A DNA stretch of 64,000 nucleotides from Cyanophora paradoxa CCMP329 (Eukaryota; Plantae; Glaucophyta), in assembly GCA_004431415.1 (NCBI GenBank), contig QPMI01000043.1:124001-188000 (forward strand), written 5' to 3'. A model generated the notes under the pieces. That model did no database searches, was not told the DNA's origin, and worked only from the letters and a program-made list of their open reading frames with translations. The stretch's first letter is position 1. Each line of letters starts with the position of its first letter. Positions 54,034 to 64,000 of the stretch are shown here, one piece after another. The position numbers and the translations under genes were made by a program.

Positions 54034-54342
54034 ATGGCTGCTCGAACTGCAAGAGGAATTCTGTTTGACAAGTTGGAGAAAAATCCTATTGTGAATGGAC
54101 ATAAGGGATTGGTAGATGCTATGGTCGAAAGTAGTCTTCAATCAAAAGGGATAAACATCAATCATACAGACAACACAAGAACCAAACAGTTTCGACAGAA
54201 ATTGGAGAAAGACATATTGACAATGACACTTGATCCAAACTACATGCCTTCGATTGGTAAAAAGAATCATTCAGGCTCTGCCACAAGAAAGCGACTTTTA
54301 ACCAAATTGATGAATCGTTCTATTGCAGCCACTAGCGATTAA
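54034..54342 (+). CDS. Hypothetical protein (element-2 specific)
   Basis: ATG at 54034, ~102 aa. Confidence 0.5.
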   Translation: MAARTARGILFDKLEKNPIVNGHKGLVDAMVESSLQSKGININHTDNTRTKQFRQKLEKDILTMTLDPNYMPSIGKKNHSGSATRKRLLTKLMNRSIAATSD

Positions 54343-54422
54343 CCAATGAAGCCACTAACTCCTGTGTATATATTTTTATAGCTGCCTCAGTGGCATACTG
54401 AGACCGCTTTTTCTCAATTATC

Positions 54423-54668
54423 TTATAGACCTGGGGGTCCATTGCTACTATCAGTAGGCAAATAATATTTAATCGGTCTCCCTCTGGGTCTCTGCTCCTC
54501 TTTTTTGGCTTTTCTGCGATAATAGGATGCCAGGGCTTGCTGCTTTTTATACTCTCTATATTCTGGGTCCTCTCTATATCGTTTCTGCATTGCTAGAATG
54601 TGTCTAATAGAACCCTCAGTAACAGGTTCATCACTGGTAAACTCGATTAAACTAATAGTGTCCTCCAT
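54423..54668 (-). CDS. Small basic AT-hook-like protein
   Basis: Orthologue of 21136-21381. Confidence 0.75.
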   Translation of the reverse strand: MEDTISLIEFTSDEPVTEGSIRHILAMQKRYREDPEYREYKKQQALASYYRRKAKKEEQRPRGRPIKYYLPTDSSNGPPGL

Positions 54669-54924
54669 TTATATTCCCAGAGAAAACGTTTTCTGCTGGC
54701 AGAGAACTTCTCCTTGGATACTCCTGTTGCTCATATGTATACTCTGTGGGGTCTGCTGGCATTGATTCCACTGAAACTGTTGACCTCCTTCTTTCTCTTG
54801 CCTCAGATACATTATCCTCAGTATCTGACATCTCAAACTCTATTGTTGTGTCACAGCATCCACTGTGGCAATTGCTCACCACATGCAGACTGAGCATCTC
54901 AATAAACTTTCGTATTATATCCAT
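54652..54924 (-). CDS. Hypothetical protein
   Basis: Orthologue of 21365-21637. Confidence 0.65.
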   Translation of the reverse strand: MDIIRKFIEMLSLHVVSNCHSGCCDTTIEFEMSDTEDNVSEARERRRSTVSVESMPADPTEYTYEQQEYPRRSSLPAENVFSGNINGGHY

Positions 54925-54946
54925 GTCTCTAATAAAACAGAGAAAA

Positions 54947-55681
54947 TTAAAGCCAAACTCGTCTTTTATATACTGTGGGAGCTACTCCCTTTTCTACTTC
55001 AGCTTTAGTGGCACCAGGTTCAATGGTTCCCTTCTGGGTCTTTGTTTTCATTTCATCTACTGCCTGCTCATCGATTTGGGTCTCTTTCTTAGCAATAAAC
55101 TGTTTATCTGGGACACCAGTAATGCCCATTTTATAAACTTCCTTTCGAAGCATCTCCTTTAGCTTGGCTCTCTCTTTCTTCTCAGTAACATACTGCTCCA
55201 AGGCACTTGATTTGGCTTCCAGGTCTTTGAGTTTAGCAGTCATCTCATCCCATTGAGCCTTGGGAATTCGATGAATATTTTGAGTGGGAGCAGTCTTATA
55301 TGTGACTTCACCAGCCATAGACTGGATTACTTTGTCTGATTCCTTACTAAGACCTTCACCTTTGCGAGCCAATGACAGATCTTGCAAGCCTAGACCTTTA
55401 TCATCAGCAGCTCCAATAATTCGCCTGGCACCCTCAGCAACAGCCTTCATTTTCGAAGCTTCTGGTGATATATTGAGTTGGTCACTGGTTGAAGCCTGTG
55501 GGGCTTTGTCATCAACTGATTCCTCATAGGCAGCATTGAGGGGGTCTTCTTCTTGCTGTGAGGGCTTCACCTCATTCATACCATTGAATTTCATTGGTTC
55601 AGTATTAATGGATCCATTGTTTCCACCACCTGAATAGCCAACAGCCCCAGCTGGAATCCCTATCTTTCGTTTGGGAGGCAT
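54947..55681 (-). CDS. Hypothetical protein, 244 aa
   Basis: Orthologue of 21660-22394. Confidence 0.8.
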   Translation of the reverse strand: MPPKRKIGIPAGAVGYSGGGNNGSINTEPMKFNGMNEVKPSQQEEDPLNAAYEESVDDKAPQASTSDQLNISPEASKMKAVAEGARRIIGAADDKGLGLQDLSLARKGEGLSKESDKVIQSMAGEVTYKTAPTQNIHRIPKAQWDEMTAKLKDLEAKSSALEQYVTEKKERAKLKEMLRKEVYKMGITGVPDKQFIAKKETQIDEQAVDEMKTKTQKGTIEPGATKAEVEKGVAPTVYKRRVWL

Positions 55682-55709
55682 TGTATCTTTATTAGAATGA
55701 GAGATAATT

Positions 55710-56503
55710 TTATAAACCGCGTTTATATCGCATCAATTTATTGCTATGGACTTGGCTTTTCACTTCTTTAGGGGCTTCCTCTTTCTCTGGTGGTTTCAGT
55801 TCATCTTCTTTCTTCTTGGGCTTCCTGTGGAAGCGAGGAAAATCGAAATCTCCAACTAAATCGGCTTTATCAACATAGTAGCCCACATTATACTTGAAAG
55901 ATGTATAAACAAGGAATTGATATGAGTGGACATACTCTTCAAACAGTTGATAGAAATCTTCTTTGCGAGGAAAAGTCGAAAACTCCTCTGCAAATGCTTC
56001 CAGCTCTTTTTGATTGCTTGCACAAACCATAATTACTATATCACTATTGCAGCGAATAACACTTGCGACCTTTCTTAATTTTTGGGAAATAGTTATAATT
56101 GATATATTGACATGTCTGCCACGAACATAAAGCATTCCCACTGTTTTATCTCGACTGAGATCCAGCTGGTCATTTTCTATCATATCCTCTAAAATCACCA
56201 GCATATGGTTAAGTTCTTCTCCTTTCTCCCTTTTTGCCTCTCTTTCTTTTATAATTTTCGACATGTATTGGGATCCCATGCACCCAGTTGAACAGTAGCA
56301 GCTTTGTCCCAAAAATGTGAAAATGAGGTAGCGGATATAATAAGTGTTGTATCAATCTTTTTGGCATCATGCAGCTGTTTCAAATAATATTTTACAGCTT
56401 CTGTTTTTCCGCATCCACTTTTTCCGAGTATGAGTAGTCTGAAAGGGGGTTCTATCATTTCACCAGCCACAAATTCATCCAGATCAGAACTTGGTATTGG
56501 CAT
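55710..56503 (-). CDS. A32-like packaging ATPase (frameshift at ~56270)
   Basis: LLILGKSGCGKT, VILED, RGRHVNISIITISQ. Confidence 0.88.
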
Positions 56504-56559
56504 TGTGTATCTTTCTATAAAGAAACAGATAAAAATAATGCAAGGTGACTGAATATGGT

Positions 56560-57290
56560 TTACAGGTTAGATAGGAATCGTTTAATGCAACCCTCAATAT
56601 CAGTTTCAGTGTATGGGATTCTCAGTAGTTTAATGTTGTTAGCTTCACAGTATCGATTTTTTATTCCATCATTAATTTGAACCTGTTTAAATTGCTCTTC
56701 ACCATTATCAGCACCAAACCACTTTCTTGGTTTGAAATGTTGAATACCATCATATTCTATTGCAATTCGAAGAGAATCAATATAGAAATCGAACCTTAAT
56801 GGAAACTTATTTCTACAATCTTTGAACGTATGTTGTTGTGTATACCCCAATCCAATGGAGTCCAACACTTTGCACAACTCTTCCTCACCTTTTGAAGATC
56901 TACAAAATGGGCAACCAGTATTTCGAATATGAATGATTGGGGGTTGCATGAACTCTTTGTTACAAGAGTTGCATCTTATACAAACTGGTGTGTGAGCTTT
57001 CACATATTCTACTTTATTATAACAATATTTGTCTCCATGTGTTTTTCTTGATTGCTCTATAAATGTTTCCAGCTCTTTTCTGCGTTCATTTCCCAACCGC
57101 TGAAAACTACATTTTTTACAGCTTGACCCTCTTAGATGGTGATCCACACGCTGTTCAAATATTGTACTGCAAGTCAGACAAGAAATGAGAACTTTATCCT
57201 TGCATTTTGTAAATTGAACCTTCGAATAATCGAATTTACCATTATGCTTGGCATTTGCACGATCTACAAACTCATTAATTGTGAGGGCAT
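56560..57290 (-). CDS. Zn-ribbon-repeat plus PD-(D/E)XK endonuclease, divergent allele (frameshifted)
   Basis: LRFDFY..IAIEYDGIQH; same locus as 23265-24206 but shorter and divergent except at the C-terminus. Confidence 0.75.
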
Positions 57291-57363
57291 TTTACTTTAT
57301 AAAGGTTTCCAAAAATAAATAATCATTTTTTCTTTAAATGCCTTACTGTTTATCGTAAGGTTA

Positions 57364-58733
57364 TCAAAGATTTATACGACGTAATCCATCTTTGTCCAAA
57401 ATTATATAGCTATGCATGAGAGCGCGAACATTGACATCGATTACCTTATCTGAAGGCATGTAGAGGGTGAGGAAGGAAGAAGAGGAATTTGTTAAATCGA
57501 CATAACCAGACTGGGCAATATTTCGAATTGCCTTCTCTCCATCAATGCAGAAACTTAAACCTGAAAGGACATAGCGATCAGCAACCTTATCCATGTTAGA
57601 GCATTTGAAGGCATCAGCAATTAGCTCAGCACCTTTGAGTAGGGAAATTGGCTCAGTGGCATAAAGTCGCTGTCCATTAATTTCAACAGTGAAAGTAATA
57701 TCTTTGGAGTTGGCATAGGTCTTAAGAACACTGTGGGAGCCAGTGGATTTATCAACAGTTGCATTATCACGAACTGAAACAAGCAGAGCATAAACAAGAC
57801 CTGAGATTTGAGAGAGGTTAATTCGATTGGGTTGGGCATTGCCCTTGGCAGGGAAAGCACTAGCATCTACAAATCCAATATCAAGGGAGGGAATAGCCAT
57901 GCCAGTAGTCTTTACTTTTTCAATTACAGTAGCGAAAAGCTCATCAGAAACATTAATAGCATGCATGTAAAGGCGAGGAGAAGTAATAGAAATGACAGGG
58001 GTTGTTGCACCAAGAGTAAAGTCTGTGATGTTTTGACCAACATTTGCCAGAACAGTTTCAGCAGGGGCAGTTCCAAGACCGTCATCTTTTGAATAATCTA
58101 CATCAGCTGCTGCAACAGTAAGACCACGACCACCATAGGAAGTTTCAACATAACCCTTTCCAGCATCCTTAAACCAAACAGTAACAACCATTTCACCAGA
58201 TAAAGCACCAAGGGGAAGGTAGTGATTTAGCCAAGGCACAGGAATTTCAACGAAAAATGAGCCACCAAGGCGGTTGGTTCCATGAGCAGGAATGCCATGA
58301 ACCATGCCCATTGATCGCTTCTTTTTAGCTAGTTGATCCTCCGAATAATAGACCAGGGGGAAATGAGCAAGGAAATCAGATGGAATATGGTAGGTGTAAG
58401 ATCCATAGGTAATTTCAAGTCGCTGAACTAAAGCACCAACTGGCGAGTGTATCCATTGCGAACTAGGTCAGTATCACCAGCAAAAGTGATGGCTGGAAGG
58501 TCGAAAGCAAGTTCGAGTTTTCCACAGAAATTGTAGCGAGGTAGCTTGAAGGAAATGCGATTTCCAACATTATTCTCAAAAGTATTGCTGGGATTCACAA
58601 CAACTAGAACTGGCTTAGACTTGGATTCGAGACCAAGCATAAGGGAGTTATCCAGGAAAAAGGCTTTCGCCTCCTCTGGGGTTGTTAGGGCTTCTTTCAG
58701 CGAAAGTCTTTGAAGAGTGGAAGTGATATCCAT
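57364..58733 (-). CDS. Major capsid protein (element 2; single-base indel at ~58442)
   Basis: Orthologue of 24318-25684. Confidence 0.8.
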
Positions 58734-58786
58734 TATATTCTCTTTTATTATACTGCAACATAAAAAATCTACCAATGATCCTTAAT

Positions 58787-59790
58787 TTATGCGAAGCTTG
58801 TAATAACTGGATAGGAAGGGTGAAGCTGCGACATTCTCATCTTAAAGTATTCATAAACTGGGTCTCCTGCTGGCTCATCACCATAGCGAATTTCAAAGGT
58901 CAGATGAACAGGTTGACCCTCAAAATCAATTGGTTCATTTACAGCATTAACAATATCAACCGAGAAAGTGGATAATCCAACCTTTTTGTTATAGTATTTA
59001 TAAAGTGGATGAGCCTCTGTTGAATTGTAAACAACATGCTCACCATAATCTTTGTCAGGAACCACTATTTTATGAAAGTAACCAGTCAGAAGACCATCCC
59101 CACATTGAACCAGATCACCAGCTCCTTTACTCTCACAAACAAAACACTGTCCCTGGTCTTCTCAGGCTCAAAAGAAGATATAATGCCATTCACTCGACCA
59201 TCAGTAAAGATTCCATCAGTGAGAGCATCATAAACTTGGGATTTGATTGGGGAATTCCATATCTTCCAGGATCAAGACCAAGCAGTCTAGCTGAACTCAA
59301 TAGCTTTTGGATTGTTTGTTGGCTTGGGTTTACAGCAAGTGAGAAAGCCAGGTAAAAAGGCACTGCCGAGTGGAATATAATTCGTTTCAGTGACTCATCC
59401 CATTTGCAGCGAATGGATGGTTGGGGAGTTCTGCCAATGAATTTTGAGTTGATTACATTCACCAGCTGTTGGTGGCTTTGGATGGGGTCTCGCGATTTAC
59501 CATGAATTGTTTCCATTGTTCAAAATCAGCAGCTGGCGAGTTGTTGGAATTCCTGAGCTTCCAGCTCCTGGAGTTTGTTCGAATAATAAATACTAAATGT
59601 GTTATCAACTGTGACATCTCCTGCTTTGGTTTCACCACTCACCATAGGATGCTGTTATAAAATTCGGCTGAGACCAGTCTCACAGCCCTCACATTCTCAT
59701 AACTACTGGGAGTCGAGCCACAAAGCTTGATGTGGGACCATCACCAGAGATTGTATTAAATGAGCTAACCTCGATGTAATCCACAGGCAT
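58787..59790 (-). CDS. Penton 1 (element 2; multiple indels)
   Basis: Collinear with 25738-26748. Confidence 0.75.
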
Positions 59791-59819
59791 TCTTCTTTTA
59801 TCTATATTTATATATTAAA

Positions 59820-60748
59820 ATGAACCGGCTCGTTAATATTGATAGCAGGGATAGAAGCCAAGGACAAAATGAAAACTCTTACAGGGTCACCCTCACAACT
59901 CCAGTAGAGAGACCAAGGGAATGCAGGGTTCTATATGCAGAGATTCCAAACAGCATCTATAACAGTGTGGGAACTGATCATCTAACAGTTCAGTTTAATT
60001 ACCAAGATGGTTCATATAACCAAGTGATCACACAACAAGTGTATCCCTTCCCAGTGGCTACATCAATCAGGGTCATTTTGGGGTAACACACCCTTATAAT
60101 TATGGGCTGAACTATTCAAGCTTCCAAACCATTGCAGGCAAAACAGTAGCTTTGAGTTCAAGATATTCTATAACCCAACTACCTATAAAGTGGAGTTTTA
60201 ACAGTAACCATGAGTTTCGTTTTATTGCAAGCAACCAGAGAATAGGGAAGCTTTTGGGTGTGAGTTCTACTGAATACACCAATGGGTATTATAGCACTCC
60301 TCCTGTTGGTGGATCACCCTATCGACCTGAGAACCTGTTAAAGTATGATGGAAACCTATTACACCTGATCACCCAGCATGGGGAACCACCTTTTCAGGAC
60401 CCAGACTCTCATCTAAGCCCTTGCAATATTATTTTGACAGCAGAAAGATGTCTGATATGAATTGCTGAGCAGTATCTATACATGCACATTAAAGAGCTTG
60501 CCCCTTTTGCCAGCAGACACAATATAATTCCGAAATCGCAACCACATAACCAGGGGCAATCCTTAGATTGCAATTGAGTAAGGATATAGGTGGCTATGTT
60601 TTACCATAGTGGTGAACATGCAGAATTCATCAGATAAATGACAGAAACCTGGTGATAAGGAACTCACAGTTGAGTTTAAAGATTACTTGGTGAACTGATT
60701 GATATGAATGGAATCGATAATTCTTTTCAGTTGGAGTTTATCGAATAA
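59820..60748 (+). CDS. Penton 2 (element 2; multiple indels)
   Basis: Collinear with 26778-27710. Confidence 0.75.
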
Positions 60749-62268
60749 AGGCACCTGTAAAGTTCAACTCTCATTGTGGGAGCATTCACATACACAAGGG
60801 GATAAATGCGAATATATTTAATTCTGAAGAAAAACCTATGTAAAAGCATCCTTGATGCTGAGAGGAAATCCACTCAATAGAGCCACATCACCTGAGTTGT
60901 GAGCATTGTTAATTTCTCACAGACATATATTTTGTTTTGCCCATCTGATCGAATAAAAGACCAGTTGATCCATCAGTGGATGTTGCCACATTGAAAGTCT
61001 TAATAAAAGCATTGGTGTCCCCTGATCCATAGGCAATCACAGAAGAGAGTTCAAAAGTATATGGAAAAGCAATTGAAGGTATTCAGTGGGGGTTTCCCAT
61101 ATCTGCTCAGGAGCATAGCTCCAGCTTCCAGCCAAATGCTGAAGGTCTAGCCATGAAAGGCTCTTTACCAGTCACAAGGATGAGCAGTGAAGGCATCATC
61201 TGAAGCTGATACCAATTAGCATCAAAGTGGTGATGTAGTGAGAGTGGATGAGATGTAAGCCTTTGTAGGGTTCTTTAATTCATAGTTTGCTACTAGAATG
61301 CTGCAAAGCTTATTAATCATATCATTGTTTGCTGCTATGTATGTTTTCTGTGAAGAAAGATATCTGGATTTTAGAAGTGTCATCCAGGGACTTACTATGT
61401 GATTCGGAAGAGTACTGATAACCTATAGTACTCCCATAATCCTGATCATAGTTGTAGGGTAACAACTCCTCATCTTATCAAGGCAGAAAGCTCACTTGCA
61501 GCCATGAGCATGTTAATCAATGGGCTTCCATCTGTTGAGGCAATCCATGAGAGAATGCCCCAGCTGTTGACAGTCTCATAAGCATAACCCACATAATCAG
61601 GACTCTAAATGTGGGTCCACTCTCCACAAGAGATACTTATTACTATAATGTCATCATCATCACTGTAATCTTCTTTGCATGGCTGTAACCACACACACTG
61701 GGATTATGTTTCCCGAAATGGCACATCAAATGAGACAGACATATACTCCCCGATTGAAATCAACAATGCTTAAGGTGAAAGTATGTAGGAGCAGCAGAAG
61801 TAGCCCTAGCAGCAATCTTACAGGGCATAAAGTTGTATTGTTATCATTTGTGATAAATATTGGTTTCATATTCTGAGTATCAAAGATGTAATCACAATGT
61901 CCTTTAGGGAATCCTGTATTAGTGATTCCCCAGTAACTGAATTGATTGCCAGTCTCCAAGGGTCCCCAATCATACTTTGTGTTAAATAGGGCATTTTCAA
62001 TGATATTTCGAGGATTTGCGAAAATCAAGCAGTTGAGTTAGGTAAATATTGTGTAAATCGTTTTGCTGTCAGTTTAGGTTCACCTGGTCTATCAGGATGC
62101 CTTATATTCAAACCTATTGCAATGATCCACCAGTGGAAGTTCCACTCACAAGATCCACAAGATCGATTATTCTCCTGCCAGTTCGATTTTCGATTTCTTT
62201 TAGCAGCCTGGTTATGATAATGCCCCTTGCACCCCCGCCAGAAAGACTTAAAACGACCTGAGAGGCAT
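60738..62268 (-). CDS. Patatin-discoidin fusion (element 2; many indels)
   Basis: Collinear with 27700-29255. Confidence 0.75.
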
Positions 62269-62310
62269 CTTTTACTTATCAGGAATTTTATAAATCATAT
62301 AGTAAAAGCC

Positions 62311-64000
62311 ATGAGCTTCAATTACCCACCAAATCTAGAAACCATTCAAGATGATAATGCAAGCAGCACCAAGCATGTGAACTTTGATAATATTAAAGTA
62401 AAGGGTTCAGTTCAATTGACACAGCTTGATAATTCATCAAAGACTCAATCAAGGGAGCATGCTTTATCTGTGAATCAACCGATCCAGATAAAGAGGATGT
62501 CAGTGTAGCCTTTAGTTTGGGTAATGTGAAAGCAAACCAAGTGGCAGAGATCAAAGCAACAAGAGGAGACCTAGGAAACTAAAACAGTGGCACTCACCCA
62601 GATATACCTTCCAGGTTCGATAGTGGTCGATTGATTTTCAATGTTCAAGATGAGCAGGCAAACAGAACACAGCTTTGCGAATTTACAATGAGGGCAGCAC
62701 TGCAAAAGCTGAGGTCCCCAAGTATTGCAAGTGGGTCCCATTGCCAACACAAATCAGGTCTCCTACACAAATATGTATACCCAAGGATATTACATATGAC
62801 TTTGCGAGGAATGAGCCTTTTGGGTTTTTTACTCCAAAAGATGTCCATCAAAAAAAGCATCAATTACAACACAGTAGCCCAGTCAACCGTAGCAATCCAT
62901 TTACATCCTGATTTAGTCGAAATGGATAGGCACCTTTTGCCTTTGTATAGCAATGTGAAAGACCTTGGAATTCGAACCAGGCAATGGCGAAATATCCATG
63001 GCAGCAATGTGTATGCAAATGGGAGAAACTTGTAGTGAGAAAACTCTAAGGAAATCATTGAGCATTATGGTCCCAATGGACCAACAGTGTCCCATTCCCT
63101 ATTCCATTTCCAAATGGACCCCCGATTTAACACCAAAGAAGCAGCCTGGAAGAGAATACACAGCAACTGAAGATGTAGCCTTTGGGCAGCATATTGTTAG
63201 TTGGGAGCAAGTTCGCAATAAACCTATAATTGAACCAGAAAGCAAATAGATGAGCAGTATTTACCTCCTGAAGTCGATATATTAGAGCTTGATGAATATC
63301 AATTCGTTCCAGATGAGGAAGAATATTTACCAGATGGTTTTGACCCACAAGAATATGAATATGATCAGTTTGACCCCAATGAGGAGGAGATACTACCAGA
63401 TGGCTTAGATCCACAAGAGTTTGAGTATGAGCAGAACTATGAACCTGATGAGGAGTATTTGCCAGATGGGCATGATCCACCAGCTGTTGATTATGAGCAA
63501 CCTTATGAACCCCATGAGGAATTGTTACCAGATGGATTTCGACCTGAGATCTGGGAGTTCTTTCCTGATTATGAACAAATTAATAATAAACCTGCAAAGT
63601 ATCCCCCAGAGGATCACAATCATGATTGGGATGAGATCTTAGGCAAACCTCAAAAGTATCCACCAGAGGATCACAGGCATGATTGGGGAGAAATTGATGG
63701 GATACCTACTGAGTTCCCACCAAGCAAACATGAACATACTTGGGATGAGATCAATGACCAACCAGAATTCGCAAAGGTAGAGCCTCTTGATAACTTGGGG
63801 TTTCTCTTTATAGACTTGTAATGTGAAAGAATCTTTTTGAATGAACACTATGTTCATGTGAATGGGACACTTGCAAATTCAGCTATGAGAGGACCACTTC
63901 ATATTAGGACATTACCAGGCTCTTTGAAACCCACCACCAACCAGGAGCAACCATACCAAATATCTTTGTGTCAAGCTACATGGAGGCTGACATTCCCACA
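62311..64000 (+). CDS. 5' part of the large fibre gene (element 2; indels, truncated by window)
   Basis: Collinear with 29299-31010. Confidence 0.8.

Larger units (their letters stand above)
44179..64000. mobile_element. Second endogenous Polinton-like virus (element 2), right part outside the window
   Basis: Starts with an ACACATA terminal hairpin; shares terminal sequence (44845-45005) and gene order with element 1; predicted TSD CGCAAT (44173-44178). Confidence 0.92.

Noticed and set aside
58400-64000. Pseudogenisation of element 2 structural genes
   Set aside because: Indels are mostly single-base losses in homopolymers and increase towards the window end while substitutions stay conservative; more likely low-coverage long-read consensus. 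Needs read polishing to settle.

Overview
Eukaryotic (GC-rich protist/algal-type) host DNA carrying two related, AT-rich endogenous Polinton-like/Maverick-like viruses (Preplasmiviricota). Element 1 is complete: 11067-39981 (28.9 kb), with 1109-bp terminal inverted repeats (TIRs) and a 6-bp CATACA target-site duplication. It encodes rve integrase, protein-primed PolB, a Prim-Pol/D5-type SF3 primase-helicase, A32-like packaging ATPase, a nuclease, major capsid protein, two pentons, a patatin-discoidin fusion, a 2188-aa fibre with an S74 chaperone and an AdoMetDC homologue. Element 2 starts at 44179 and runs off the window. It is syntenic but carries a different primase-helicase module. Most notable: each primase-helicase gene is followed immediately by its own inverted-iteron/AT-rich-core cassette (SaPI Rep-ori-like architecture). 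The same cassette recurs in that element's terminal region, and the element 1 TIR stacks three different iteron cassettes. Both elements begin with a 28-bp covarying hairpin, their pPolB appears to lack a functional proofreading exonuclease, and their CpGs are nearly confined to TCG/CGA contexts. Host parts: the 3' end of a GET3/ArsA gene with GC-AG introns, 249-bp and 142-bp tandem arrays, (TA)109, dispersed repeats and a spliced class-III aminotransferase-like gene. Most frameshifts look like homopolymer sequencing errors. All assignments are from motif recognition by eye; no database search was run.
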